Of a stretch of DNA of 64,000 nt, positions 24,361 through 45,129 are shown piece after piece. Within the stretch, counting starts at the first letter, position 1, and every line of letters starts with the position of its first letter. This DNA comes from the human T2T-CHM13v2.0 reference genome, Homo sapiens, in NCBI RefSeq assembly GCF_009914755.1, contig NC_060934.1. One strand, given 5' to 3'. Below the pieces are notes generated by a model that saw nothing but the letters and a program-made list of their open reading frames with translations, ran no database searches and was not told the origin of the DNA. The position numbers and the translations under genes were made by a program.

Positions 24361-26479
24361 TTCTCCTCTTTTCTGAACATGTGGTTTACTTGCTGCTTCC
24401 TAACTGGAGAAAATCTTAATAGTAGTTCTTGCCCATTCTTACCGCATTTCAAAACCCTCACATCCCATAACCCAACCACATCTAGTCTAAGATGGCTTTT
24501 TAAATGTTCATGAAAACATTGAAAATACTTTTCTCTAAGTGGTGCAATCTTAGGTGATTATTTTTACTTTTTTCTTTGTACTTTATTACATAGTGTACTC
24601 TTTAACATTACAGTAGCATGCAACATTTTTACAATAAGAATGAATTTTCATTTTAAAAGAGAAAAAACAAAGGCAGTATGCACACAATAGTGTATAATGA
24701 TTGTAATTTTTGTTAAAAAAAGCTATCTGTTCAACAATAAAAGTCTGGAGGAGGAATACACTTGAAAAAAATCTGTGTTCACTGGGGCTCTATGTTTGTT
24801 GTTCCTTTCTGATTATAAAGTAACTAGTCAATAGAAAATAAGACCTTCAAAAAATGTTTTTAGAATCTGACTGAGCCTGGGAGCCTCAAGCAAGAATTGA
24901 GAGAAAGGGTCCTGTCCACTATGCGCACGGACTCAGCATCGCCAATGCAGAGGAAACGGACTTTCCTCTTTGCTGAAGCATTGCTATCAAAGTCTTCTAT
25001 GAGCATGGAACACAATTCATGTCAAGATAATGGCAATGGCTATTAAATTGAGTAAACAGACTTTCTGTACTTCCATAAATGCGAACACGATGTTGCTCTC
25101 CCTAGTCATCAGGGCATCATTCAAGCCTGGATTATCTTTCATCTTTGGCATCCTACAAATTGATGTTAATCCTCAATTTGGGATAAAGATGCCCTAGATA
25201 GAATCTGCATTGAAGACTTCAGAAGTGCCAAGCTTTTGAAAAGCAGTCTTTCTTGGACCCTATTTTTCTAATTTTTCTCTAAAGCACCAAAAAGCAAGCA
25301 CATACCCAAGGATTAGCTGTACCTAAATCTCCATCATAGTGAGAAGAGGAATCTTGAAATGGCCAGCTCTTAAAAATATATTAAAAATTGCATCTCAAAA
25401 ATGCTTTTATTCAGGGTAGCATTCCTTTTTAACACATCCAAAAGGGAAGGAGAGACAAAGAGTGAAAGAAAAGGAAAGCAAGAAAGAGAAAGTGAAGGAA
25501 AGGAAGGGTTTAGAAAGAAAATGTACTCAGGATTCTGTTAAATTACAACTGTCACTCCTTCATTGAGTTTGCTAAAGCTACCTCATCGTTTATAGACCCT
25601 CCCTTTTTCGTAAATAGTTGCAATGTATAAATTAATGCAAGAGAGAGACATAAAATTAAATATGTAATCTAGGGTGAGAATTGGGTACTGGGATTCTGTT
25701 ATTAGTTATAAAAGAGATCCCTAAATATAATGGAAGACACTAGAAGACTGAATGAGGGCAGCAGAGAACAAACCTAATCCCCATGTACCGTTTGCTCAGA
25801 ACAAGAACACCTGCATGCTCACATTTGTAGCCTCAATATGCTGAACATTATATCGAGGAACAAAAATGGTACAAGTATGTTATAGATTGAGGAAGGAATG
25901 TTAAATATTGGCACATTGGGGGTGCTACTGTAATTGCATGATTCTGCACCTTACAGGAGACTACGTTTCAGATTAAAATTGGGAAGTTACTCTTTCAGGA
26001 CAAAGATGTTGGAATTCTGGATGCATTTATTCCAACTCTGCAGCAAGCACTGAAGATGGTCAACTCTCCTCAAAGCACTCGTGTGCTCTCCAGCAGAGCA
26101 GAGAGGCAGTTCCCAGTTCCTGTAAACAGAGCAAGAAAGGCCATTCCCGGGGTGACAAGTGGACCGTTTTTATCAAACATACTATAGGGAACAAAAACCT
26201 CTTTAGCAATAGTACTAAAAAATGTCATATTCAAACTTTGGGCACATGTATAAGTTAATGGCAAAGAACAATAATAACAACAGTTTCCTTCCCCCAAATT
26301 GAGCGAGCGCTCTTATTCCTGTATCACTAAGGTTGATGAATGACACCATAATCCAGTAGACTGGGAATAATCTTGATACTCACTACAATCAGAACACAAA
26401 ACAGTTCCATCACGTCAACAAAACACATTCTTGTCATCCCTTTGTAGCCACGCCCTGCCTACCAACCCCACTCCTAGTA

Positions 26480-26780
26480 TTTAGCCTAGAGATATGAATA
26501 GTTATGTGCACAAAAAAACCAACACACAAATATTCTATAATAGCCAAAACCTAGAAACAATCTAGATGACTTTCAGTAGGTAAATAGGTAAACATTTTGT
26601 GTACAACATACAAGGAATTACTACTCAGCAGTAAAATGGATGCAACAACTTGAATGAATCTCAAAGTCATTAAGTGAATGAAAGAAGCCAGTGTCAATGA
26701 TTACATGTTCAATAATTCCATTTATACAGTATTCTCCAAAAGAGAAAATTATAGGAATGGAGAACCCATCAACTGCCTAT
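26480..26780 (+). mobile_element. old L1M (ME/MD-like) 3' fragment
   Basis: aatagccaaaacctagaaacaatc...caacttgaatgaatctcaaag. Confidence 0.7.
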
Positions 26781-26819
26781 GTCTACAGGAAATCCTACTG
26801 ATATTTTTATATGGCGAGT

Positions 26820-31590
<4,771 letters not shown>

Positions 31591-33337
31591 GAAAGGAAGG
31601 TTACTCTCCTTAAGGGTTTTATGCATTTGTGGGACTCTGCTGACAACACTGTTGTTCCTTCACTGTGACTGTATTGTCCGTAGGTTCAAGAATAAGAGAA
31701 TAGAGAGGAAAAAAAGGGTGGGGGGGAAATGAGGCATTTTCCCCACTTCCGAGTGTTGATACACCCCGTTCTTCTTCCTCCACCTAGAGATAGAGAACTC
31801 TTTCTGTTTTACCATGTCCACTTCCCAGTCTCAGGGTAGCTTGTGTACAGGCTGAGATTACTGGAGGGAAAATAAATGATACACTCATTGCCAGCTCAGT
31901 GATACCTCAAATTCTTGTCTTCTTTCCCAACTGACCTATCACTGTTAATTTTTCAGGAATCCCCAAATAGCTCTTCCATGAATTTAGTTTAGATTTTATA
32001 GTTGTATTCAACAGTAGTGAAAAGGAGGAGGGTATTTCACCTTACCTGGAACTGTAACCTGATTTTGATCTTTTAAAAACTTATGTCAGAATCTCAAAGT
32101 GCTATGGATATAGAATAGAGGTCTGTGATACAAGCTATTCTGTATCTTGTTCGCCTCTTTATTCAGAGTTTCCAGTACATGTCTGACATACAGTAGTCAC
32201 TCAGTACAAGTTTGATAAATAAAATGAATGGATGAATGAAATAACGAGTGGATCAATATCATATTATAACCTAGATGAGATTAATAAGTACTGTGGTTCA
32301 TACGGAGAGGGACTCCTGAATGCAGATAATGAACCATTACTGATATGCCAAAAAGCAATGCCTGTTCTATTTTTTAAAACCACAAAGTGAAAAGAAACTA
32401 AAATTTTTATCAAAACTCTTTTTCATGATAGTTTTAGTTGCTGCATCTGTAGTTCTTGAAAATCGAATGAAAATAATAGTTACAAATATCTGACTTCTTT
32501 ACCATTCAGTTATGTGAACTCCCAGACCCCATGAAAGTCCTTCCAATTACTCCTGGGTATTTCCACAGTGGTGAATTCCTGCCTTGTAATGTCTACTATT
32601 TTCTCTTCTCTCCTAAGGTCATGTCTTCTGTTTCTTCCAATATCCTGATGCTAACATATGAGCACAAGTTGGACCAGCTTACTCTTTAATGACATTGTCC
32701 ATTCCTCACTTTTACGTGCCCAGAAGTCCTCTACTGGTGTGAGTTTCCAAAGGAAAATAAGTAGTTGGTGCATTTTTTGAGCTAGACAGGAGATCCATTT
32801 ACCAACACCTCTATCTGCCTCAGAGGAAATAGCACTTGTGACTAAGGAGGCTCCAGCAAACTCCTGGAAATTTCTTTTATTGCAGTCAATTGTGTTGGCT
32901 TCCTTGTCATTCTTTGACAGAAAAATAATTAGAAATGGTGTTATCCCCAAAGGACTTGCTCAAATATTTCCAGCTAATTAGGTAATACATTCTCTGCACC
33001 ATGATTTAAAGACAAAGGGAAGGAAGTTCCTTTCAGGAAGAAGTAAAGGGAAATGGTGAAGACATGACTACATCCTGAAATGGCATAAGCTAAACGCAAG
33101 TGCTAAAGGACATTACAGAATTGATGAAAACGAAAAGCATCTGAAATTACTGCACTCCTTTGATTGTACTTCTACAAACCATTTGTGAGAGAATGACCTG
33201 CATCTAACTGAAAGAGTATGCATTGTCATGCTTTTTGTGTATTTTTATTTACGCTTTCAGTATTATACAACTGAATTGCCCAGAATTCTGCATTTCTTTC
33301 TGGGATGTGGTTTTGATGGCTGTGGGCTAGCGGTCTT

Positions 33338-34967
<1,630 letters not shown>

Positions 34968-35119
34968 TAAACCTGAGCTGGGATACACAGTAAACAAGTA
35001 TGCAGGGGTCTGACTGGCTCATAACAACCTCTCCTTTTCTGAAAACTGCTTCAATATACAGGGAGAAACCCAATGGCCATGTCAGCATTGGGGTGGCCCC
35101 CTGATTAACATAGTGAATA

Positions 35120-35340
35120 AAAGCATAAGGTCTGTAATCAGACTTTGAGTTCAAAAGCTGGCTCTTCCCCATATTGGCCATGACCTTGGCCAGTGGCTTA
35201 CCTGCTTTATGTCTCACTATTTACCATGTAAAATGGGGATTATAATACTACCTACTCTGGAGTTACTCTTGGGATCAAATGAGATACATACAAAGCACTC
35301 TAAGCAGTCCCTTGCCCATGGTGGACATTCCCTATAAGTG
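35120..35340 (+). mobile_element. MIR
   Basis: tgaccttggccagtggcttacc...tgtaaaatggggattataatactacctac. Confidence 0.8.
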
Positions 35341-35744
35341 TTTATACATCCCGCCATGGGAGACTGATCCAAGGGAAGATATCTCACCAAAAGCAGCCCA
35401 CTCAAAGTCTTTCTACTCAAAATTGTAACCAGAAACAGAGATCAGTGTCTTGGAGCTATATCACTTTCATGGAAACTTGAGAGATAAGGTCCCTGAACTT
35501 CTGCTCCTGAGGGACTGTAGTTCCTATTCTTCCCAGATTCACCTCTTCACTCCTTCTGAGAAATGACTCAGTCTGCATCCAATAAAAATATGAGTAGCTG
35601 AAAACATGTATGATGTCTCGAAAATGGCAGTCACTGCTGTCCTAGCTGGTAACCTGAGAAAAGATGATAGAACAGGGGCAGAAAGTAAGATGAACTCTGA
35701 GACAGAAAGACTGGAAAACCTTTGGGAGACTTCTAGTACTGTGT

Positions 35745-36490
35745 ATCATGGTATCTTTCTGCCATGCCTCAAGGCTTTTGCATATGTTCTTCTTTGTTCT
35801 GCTCACCTAACTGCCTCACGCCTACACATCCTTCACATCAGCCTGGGTATTATTTCCCAGAAGAAGCCTTCTCTATACCACTGTGCTATATCAGTTCCTT
35901 TCCCTCAACCACCATGCTAAGTCAGCTGGACTCTCCTTCCATGCACTTATCACAGCTTATAATTATATATTTGCAAGATACTTAATATGTGTCTGTTCCA
36001 CTAGCCCGCCCTTGAGAACAGAAACCATCTGACTTGTTCATTGCTGTATTCCCAGCACTGAGTAAGTGCCTGATATAGTTTGGCTGTGTCCCCACCCAAA
36101 TCTCATCTTGAATTCCCCTGTGTTGTGGGAGAGACCCAGTGGGAGGTAACTGAATCATGAGGGCAAGTCTTTCCCATGCTGTTCTCATGATAATGAATAA
36201 GTCTCATGAGATCTGATGGTTTTAAAGAGAGGAGTTCCCCAACACAAGTTCTCTCTCTTTGCCTGCTGCCATCCAGGTAAGATGTGACTTGCTTCTCCTT
36301 GCCTTCCACCATGATTGTGAGGCCTCCCAAGCCACATGGTACTGTGAGTTCTCCATTTAACCTCTTTTTCTGTATAAATTACCCAGTCTCAGGTATGTCT
36401 TTATCAGCAGCATGAAAACAGACTAATACAGTGCCTGAAACAAACTGAGGCTCAAAAGAGATTTGTTGAATAAATGAGTGAACAAATAAA
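35745..36490 (+). mobile_element. L2 3' end split by THE1B
   Basis: ttgttcattgctgtattcccagcac...gtgcc [THE1B] tgaaacaaactgaggctcaaaagagatttgttgaataaatgagtgaa. Confidence 0.75.
36071..36430 (+). mobile_element. THE1B-like solo LTR
   Basis: tgatatagtttggctgtgtccccacccaaatctc...acagactaataca, 360 bp, perfect 5-bp TSD gtgcc. Confidence 0.95.
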
Positions 36491-38429
36491 TGTCTAGCAC
36501 AAAATCTTCCCACAACTATTCTGGTTCCCCAGAAGAATGTGTTGTTCCCTCATCCACCTTCCAAGTGCGCTTGGCAGATACTGATTGTTTTCACCAGATT
36601 GTCCCCTAGTTCAGAGTTTCCAAACTGGACTGTGAGCCCCTCTCATGGCAGAGTTTATAAACGAACATCTCATTTTACCTCTACTGCCACTATGCCTGGC
36701 ACCTGGCAGTTACCTGATTCAGATTTATTAAAATGAAAGAAATTGAATTACCTGCCCCCCGAAGGCTAGAATAATCAATGGGGTCAATCTATGATGTGTT
36801 CCATAGAAAAAATAAACAAGTTGGTTATTTTTCTGATTTGTCTATTCAATTTAGTCAATGTGATCCATTTGCTGTGCTCTTATAGTGGACTTACATCAGT
36901 TTTGGGACACTTCAAAGAACCTTCAAGTCTACCAGTTCCTTCAGTACCAACCAAAGCCCTGTGAGATGGTCGGCAGGTATGTGTCTATTCCACACAGGAG
37001 AACAGAGGATCAAGGAGTTAAATTTGCCTGAAATTAACACATAGGAAAGAGTGAACTATGGAGTCTTCCAGATCTCCAGACACCTTCTGAGTTGGAGGCT
37101 CTTACTCCAAAGTCAGGGATCTCCAGTACCCTGCTTGTTGATTTTTGTTAGGAAGGAGTATGTCCTAATTTTTTTGAAGATTCAAGATTACTGAGTGTGT
37201 GTAAGGGGTACAGGAAAAGATGACAGAGATATTCCTCAAAGGAGGCAAAAGGGTGAGCGGAGTTCAGAATAAGGAATTTAAAGAGGCGGCCTCTGAGGAT
37301 GGGGTATGTGCAACTGAGAAGAGCAGAAAAGGGTGTATCTCCATTCCTCGATACAAATCCTGCCAGCCTCAGGAAGGGGAACCTGGAGACCCGGATAGGG
37401 GTGAAGAACTTCGGCCACAGCCTGTGACCCAAAGATCATCTACATAGTTAAAACATTGAGATTGCACTCAATCAGCATTTTTCCAATCTATTTCACCACG
37501 GACATGTTTTATATTATACTGCATTGTTGATGGGATACCAATGGGCCTCATGAGATATAATGCATGCTTAGATTAAAGTAGACATCTAAAAATGATCTTG
37601 CAAACGAATCGCTGCAAGGAATTATGGAAATTACCTTTGATTTATGTACAAATTTAAAATTGTATGATTAAACAAAAAATGACAAATTGGAGAAATCAAC
37701 TGCTTTATATTTTATTAAAGACACAAACAACAGCATCTCACAAATACATGCTAAAATTATAAATCATATAAATGAAATAATATACAAGTATAAACACATA
37801 AAAATTCACATAAATATATATGAATACATATAAATATATAAGCATACATAAATGCTTGTTGAAATTATAAATGAAGACATGACAAAGACCACTGATCACC
37901 AAATAGATGACACATATCACTTCAGTGGTTCTTGAATTTGGCCTAAGCATCATGAGCTGATGGAACCACGGCCTCTCCTGTTTCAAGGGATCACACTCAA
38001 CTTCCTTGCTTTGCTTTACTATTTCTTCATAGCAGACATGGGACATTATCATAGGAGAAGGGTAACAGGTTTATACTTTTTTAAAAGAATCTTTTTCTTA
38101 GAAATTCACTTTAAAACTTTTTATAAGGGGTGACCTTTCAAAATATAATTAAAATGCATATTATATATGTGTATATACGTATGCATACATACATGTGTAT
38201 ACATTATGTATGTATTTACACACACACACATAAATAGCTCTTATGTTTCTGGAACCCATTCTGGAATGCAGCCTAGATTAGACCCTCTGCAGATCATTGC
38301 CACCTACAACATATTCTAATTCCCATCTTTGCAGTGACTACTGATGCACTTGGTGACTGACTGCTCATCTCACTCGCTTGACCTGTCATCATGGAGAATG
38401 GGCACAGCACGAAGCTCCAAGCTGGGGGT

Positions 38430-39170
38430 GTCCTGAAGTACAAGGGCCTGATAAAGAACTACACAGGGGTAGCCCTTATATCAGACAAGAAGCAGATGGC
38501 CTATGCCAAAGGGTTCTGTTGAACTGAATTTTATGAAGGGAGTATTTCCTGAGGTAAGAGCAGGGTTAGGAGAACAAGCAAGAGAAGCTGAGGCTCTCAG
38601 AGACTAAGAACCATAGGATCTTTGAAGGGGAGGGAACCGAGCTTCCAGAGCCCCGTAAAAGTTAGAGCCATGGGAGGGAGGCCTAATAAGAGCTGTTGTC
38701 AAAGGAACAGTGATTATCAAAACCCCAAACCACAGCAAGGTGCAGCAGAAATAGGAAGAAATACCGCAGCCTTTCTAGGATTGCTAGAAAAATACAAAAC
38801 ACACAGTTAAATTTAAATTTTAGATAAACAACAAATAATTCTGTAGTATAAGTATGTCCCAAATACTTCATGGGATATACTTACATTATAAAATGTTTCA
38901 TGGTTCTTCTAAAATTTAAATTTTCCTGGAATCCTGTATTTTTATTTGCTAAATCTGGCAGCCCTAAACCTCTCTCCTCTCACCCTCCAATCTCTGCCAG
39001 TGCCTTCCATTGTCCAAACCCAGCTGGAAGCCAGAAGTAAGGCAATCTGTGTGGTGCAGGCACTGGAGGTCAGCCTTGCCTGGGGCACAAGGCAAGGCAG
39101 AGAATTCTGGAAGATAAGACGTGGGGGTGGGGGTAGTCAACAGAGAATAGCCAAAAATAATCAATGTCTA
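38430..39170 (-). mobile_element. LTR33-like ERVL LTR interrupted by MER53
   Basis: ctgccagtgccttccattgtccaaacccagctggaagccaga...ggaggtcagcc. Confidence 0.6.
38776..38966. mobile_element. MER53 palindromic hAT MITE
   Basis: TIRs taggattgctaga / tctggcagcccta, central gtataagtatgtcccaaatacttcatgggatatacttac, decayed 8-bp TSD agcctttc/aacctctc. Confidence 0.85.
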
Positions 39171-39519
39171 GCGTCTGCCATTTTAACCTCAGTCTTTGTG
39201 GTAGAGTGGTATTTTCTCTGGACAGAACAAGCAATGTTTTGTCCTGGCTTTGTGTACTTGTGTGCTATTCTTTAGTCTAGATCAGTGGTTTTAAATCTCC
39301 TATTCCAAACAAAATATTCCATAGAATCCCCACACACAAAGCAGGTAAAAAGGTAGCTGCTGCAGTAGAAGAGGTGCTAGACCTGAAGCCCTATCTGGCT
39401 CCCCTCCTGTCCACCCTACCTGCCCACATACAAACACAGTTGCAGTGGGGCCTGCAGAGCCCTGGGGAGCCTTGGGCCTGACCAAAGCTGATCTGAGAGC
39501 CCCCACTATAAGCTGCACT

Positions 39520-40260
39520 AAGTATACAATATACAGCGTGCTATCTTTTGTGAAGAAAAGAAATAAGAAAAAACATATCTCATGTTTGCAAAAGGAACTA
39601 TATAAAAAATATATCAGAAACTATTAAAAGCTGTTATCTCTAGCATAGAAGTGGGAATGGATTGGGGAAGATGGAAACAGGAGCAGGAATTCTCCAAGCA
39701 GAACTTCCTTGCTTTTGCTTTTGAAACAAGTGAGATAAAAAGTGATGGGGAAAAAAAGCAAACTCTGAAATTGAAGACAAACAGAAAAAAATGAAACTGT
39801 ATTAAATCAATGGCATAAGCACACAAAAAGTTAATTCAAGTAACTTCTGGATACAATTGTCTGATTATAGTTAGAGGGAGAAATTCTAAGATAAAAAGAA
39901 TGGCAAAGGTGGGAGCCTTTGGTGATGGAATACTTTTTAGAATCTTGATTCTGGTGTTAGTTATAGAAATCTAACCTGTGGCAAAATCACATAAAACTTC
40001 TCACATCCACATCCCACCCCCCCACAAACACATATCCATACATCCCCCCATCCCACATGAGTGTAGGTAAAACTAGGAAAATCTGAATAAATTCCACGGA
40101 TTATATGAATGTTAATTTTCTGGTCTTGATACTGTATTGTAAGTTAAGCAAGATATAATCAGTGGGATAAATATGGTGAAGTGTACACAGGATCTCTCGG
40201 TATATTTCTTCAACTTCCTGTGAATCTATAATTATTTTAAAATAAAACCTTATTTAAAAA
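39520..40260 (+). mobile_element. old L1M (MC/MD-like) 3' fragments
   Basis: ends caacttcctgtgaatctataattattttaaaataaaa. Confidence 0.7.
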
Positions 40261-40266
40261 ACTGCA

Positions 40267-40475
40267 GGCCGGGTACAATGGCTCACACCTGTAATCCCAG
40301 CACTTTGGGAGCCCGAAGCTGGCATATCACGAGGTCAAGAGATCAAGACCATCATGGCCAACATGGTGAAACCCCGTCTCTACTAAAAATACAAAAATTA
40401 GCTGGGCGTGGTGGCACATGCCTGTAATCCCAGCTACTTGGGAGGCTGAGGCAGGAGAATCGCTTGAACCCAGGA
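40267..40475 (+). mobile_element. AluSc-like, 3'-truncated with no tail
   Basis: atcacgaggtcaagagatcaagaccatc Sc diagnostics; stops at cttgaacccagga. Confidence 0.9.
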
Positions 40476-40779
40476 ACAGAAAAATCACTGCTTTTCAACC
40501 CCAATTATAATAGTTGGCCCAGGTAAGGATTATCAGTATCTGTTAAATTCCTGGGTAAAATATCGGTGGGGATGAGTACATTCACCCAGTTACAAAGTGC
40601 TACCCCATAGATTTCTTACTAATTACAAAGGGGAAATGAACAGCAGTAAGATCTGGCAGCCAACATCTTAATTAAAGGATCAAACTGAGCATCACCAGTA
40701 GAAAGGGGCTTGGCTGAGGGCAGTAGTGTGCTACAATTAAAGTCTGAACATGTTAGTGCCTCAAAGGAACGAGAAGTTA

Positions 40780-41480
40780 AGTTCATCAAGAGTGAGGACA
40801 GGAAAGGCTTTTTGGGGGAGCTGAGTTTGAAATGTTGATCGGAAAGGAGTCTGATGGCTAGGGGAGGTGGTTCAAGCAAAGAGCACAGCAGAAGCAAAGG
40901 CCCAGTGGCTTGAAACAGCCTTCTGGACTGAGAGAACCTTAATCAGTTGAGAATGACTGGGACAAACAGTATAGAGAGAGGGTTAATTAAAGGTGAACCT
41001 GGAGAGTTCGGCAAGGCCCAATCATTACAAGTTTCCATTACCAGGCTAAACAGCTTAGACCATATCAGGTGACGGAGACACCCTGAAGGGTCTCTAAGGT
41101 GGGTGGCCATAATTATATAGGAAGAAAGTGACAAACAAGAGAGCTGTATAGGAGGTAGAATCTACCAGACGCATAACCAATCAGAGATATGGATAATGAA
41201 AGAAGCTAATAGGATGAATCTGAGAATATTTTCACATTCTCGGCAGGAGGGCTAGTCCTGCAGATGGGCAGGGTTCAGCTAGAGAGCTGGATGAAAAGCA
41301 CCTAAGGTCACGGTCAGCAGGACATGGTGTGTAAATGATTAGTGATGCCTGCTTTGGTTTAGACCAGGGAGAAGAAAAGAGTATCAGGGTGGATGGTGGT
41401 TCTGATAACTGAGATTAAAAGCACAAGAACAGGTGTTGGGTAGGAAGGACAAGTGTGTTATTTCAACTATGCTGAATTAG
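40780..41480 (-). mobile_element. L2 fragments
   Basis: purine-rich antisense L2-like sequence. Confidence 0.55.
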
Positions 41481-43977
41481 AAAGATTGCCATTTATTTCA
41501 GAATTCCTAGTATCTCGTGTGAATTCGGTACACCTTGTGGATGAGTCTTTTGGAGTTCTAATGATAACTTAAAGGCTACTTAATATATAGATTATTTACT
41601 CAGTAGACTTCAGGGGCTTCTTCAACACATGCACTAAGGAGCATCTCCTGGATTTAGAGCATGGAGCTTTAATCAGAGCAATCCCATTAGGTTTAACAAG
41701 ATTTATTTAAACCTGGGAATCCTGCGGATGCTGGAATGAAGAAAACTCTCAGCCTGATTTTGTACTTAATAATAATTAATAATGAGAATGCTCTTCCCCA
41801 TGGTAGCTAAGCATAGGCACAAATGTCTGCTGCAAAGTCAAATTCCTTGCCTTGGATCTAAGTCCCATGCCAAGGACAGCACCCTAATTCATCAGTGCCT
41901 GAGAGGCTGTCTAGCTTAAGAACCACACTGGGTGACTTATAATTAAAACAATTGCAATGCTTTTTTAAAATTTAATTCCGGATCTAATTTCTCATTTGCC
42001 TCACGAGGGTACAGTATGCACAGCAGCCTATCTGTGGGGAAATTAAAAGCAGGAGGACATGCACCACACAGTGCTTATATTAAAGTAATCATTCATATTT
42101 TTCTGACAACACTCTTTAATAAGTGTCAAATCTTTATTACTTTCTTTGGCATTTGCATCCACATTAATCACGTTGAATTCAGAAGGTATTTATTTCTGGA
42201 GGTTGTAAAAATCAACCCAGAGGCTTCCCCAGGCTAATCAATTAGTCCAAGTCCACTCCTAGGGTTCTGATTTGTGGAAGCTTTGCTGGTTCAGAAAGCG
42301 ACAAGAAAGAAAACTCTTAACATTGTGATGGCCACAGGGAATAAGAGAGGAGATACAGTTCCATCCTGAGACACACATTACAGAGTTTTCCCACTGTCTT
42401 GGCCACTGGAATCAGAGTCCTCCAGGGGCAAACTTTCTGAGACAAGAAGCTCACACACCACCACTTCTCCATGGCCACAGAATGGCACTAGATAGGTGGG
42501 CTAGTAGCTCTCTGAGCCTTTTTATTACAGAGTAGGGGAAGTCTAATAACGAGAGCTTGCTGGTTCTTCCAGGGTGGACTTTATAAATTATGGAAAGAAT
42601 ACATCTAGTAAAGCAAAAAACTGGAAGCACAAAAACTGCCTGGAGCGACAGATAGCATAGGCCTGGGAATGAGGAAACATGAGTTCTAGTCTCAGCTCTT
42701 TCAGTAATGACTGTGAAATTTCAGTCTCTTGGCCTCAGTTTCCAGACCTTTAAGATGGGCTTGCCTAGATGGTGTTTCAGGCTTTGCCAATTCTCGAGCT
42801 GATGAGTGACATCTTCAAATATCTTCAACCCCAGGATGAGACTCACAGCAGGGAATTTGGAGGATATGGTGGCCTTGATGTTAAGCTTGACCCAAAGAAG
42901 AAGTGACACTTGGGCTGAACTTCATCAATGTCATCCCCATCTTTAGCACTGAACCTGCAATTCTGACACTATGGAAGCAGCAGGGGCTGAGATATCTGTG
43001 ATTTCTTTGAGGTTTCACTTATTAAGGAAGAAAGACAAACAGCAGGGAAACTAAGTATAGCAGGGCTGGGTCACTCTGCATCTTAACTCACCAACCTGGA
43101 GCATCCAGGATCTGGTGTAGAAATGTTACTCACTCCTAGTGCAAAAGATAGAGACCAAATTAACTGGTATATTCCTATTGTACCTACATTTATCTTCAAA
43201 ATCTCAGAGCAGAAAGAACTTGATAGATCTGATCTTTGCAAAACAGTCAGGTTGGCAGATTTTGTCTTTCCTTCCTCTGGCTTCCCCTTTCCACATCATC
43301 TTCTCCATGGGAGTTCCCCCAGGTCTCTCTCCCAGGTGCCTCAGTGTTCTCTCCTTCTTGTTCTCCTGCATCCTCTGTCCATAGGCCATCCTCTCAAGCA
43401 ACATCCCTTGCCAGTCATTTTTATCTTAGCGTGAATTTGCACAACCACTTCCTTCCTTGAATAGGGACAAGAGACAATCTAGGCTTTGGGGAAACAAGTT
43501 CGTAGGTAGAGACTTCTAGTTGTCACCCCAAATTCATTATTTACTAAGAAATAATGAACCCATATCAATAGAACCCCAATTATCAGCTGAGGACATATAA
43601 ACTGTGTGAGACACAAAAAGGAAATATTTATATTTAACATATATTTTATATTTTTCTATAAAAGGACATGTAATTTCTTAAAATGTCCCGCATAATTATA
43701 ATTGCTAGCATCTAATCCATCCACTTGATAATTTTTTGAGCCTGGGTAATACTATGGGTATTTGGGGGATATGGCTGGGGATAAAAGTGTGTCTGTAGTT
43801 AAGTTTTCACTAGAAAAATCCACTCGTGGACTGGTTTTAATTTGGCCTTTGTTTGCAACTCCTCTCTTCAGGGGATTATCCCCAATTTTCCTCTGAGTCC
43901 CCTTGCCTTAATACTTTCAGTGACTGTGTTTTGGGTGGAACTGACTCTACTTCTAGCTCTAGAGATAAGATGTGTGA

Positions 43978-44368
43978 TTTTGTTTTGTTTTGTTTTTCGA
44001 GGCAGGGTTTTGCTCTGTTGCCCATGCTGGGATACAGCAGAACTGTCTCAACTTACTACAGCTTTGATCTCCTGGGCTCAAGCCATCCTCCCACCTCAGT
44101 CTCCTGAGTAGCTGGACCTACAGGTTTGTGCCACTACACCCAGCTAATTTTTTTGTTTTGTTTTGTTTTTTGTTTTTCTGTCCATGGTTTTTTGTTTTTA
44201 TTGGTTTTTTTGTTTGTTTTTTGTTTTTTTTTTTGTTTTTGTTTTTGTTTTCATAGAGACAGGGTCTCACTGTGTTGCCCAGGCTGATCTCAAACTCTTG
44301 GACTCAAGCGATCCTCCACCTCAGCCTACCAAACTACTGGGATTATAGGCATGAGCCACTGCCAGGCC
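43978..44368 (-). mobile_element. AluJ with expanded central A-rich linker
   Basis: both monomers antisense; about 100-bp T-rich linker at 44148-44251. Confidence 0.9.
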
Positions 44369-44423
44369 AGAAAATAAGCCATAAAAATCAGACAATGTTT
44401 TCCCTGGCCAAATGATTGATTTA

Positions 44424-44737
<314 letters not shown>

Positions 44738-45129
44738 AAGAAATGGCATGTAACCCAATATAGCTGATAAGATTCAAACCACTTTGCTGGGGGGTGCATG
44801 GAAGGATTCTAGCTACTTTCTGCTGGGCTTAAGCCTAAAGAGATAGGAGGCTGGAGCTGCTGCCTCTATCTTTGGCACCATGAGGAGAAAATCTGTCTGG
44901 GAATATATTTAATGAGAAGAAGTAAGGCCAAGAGTTGTAGAAAGATATCAGCTCCTGGAGATGCAGTGTGAACCCTTGCGTTGCGTGCCTGAAGCTCCCA
45001 TCTAAGATCTACAGGATCCAATAAGATCCTTCTTTATTTTTTTCATTTAAGCCAGTTTTGGTTCAATTTTCTCTCACTTAGAAAATCTTAACTAAGAAAA
45101 TAACTAATTTATCTTATTAAGTTTTCCTT

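Noticed and set aside
24915-24960. REST-like motif in a CpG-containing patch
   Set aside because: Half-sites do not match RE1 order or spacing
32595-32620. Splice-acceptor-like pyrimidine tract plus AG (also near 10564 and 57672)
   Set aside because: No matching donor or coding frame can be supported without transcript data
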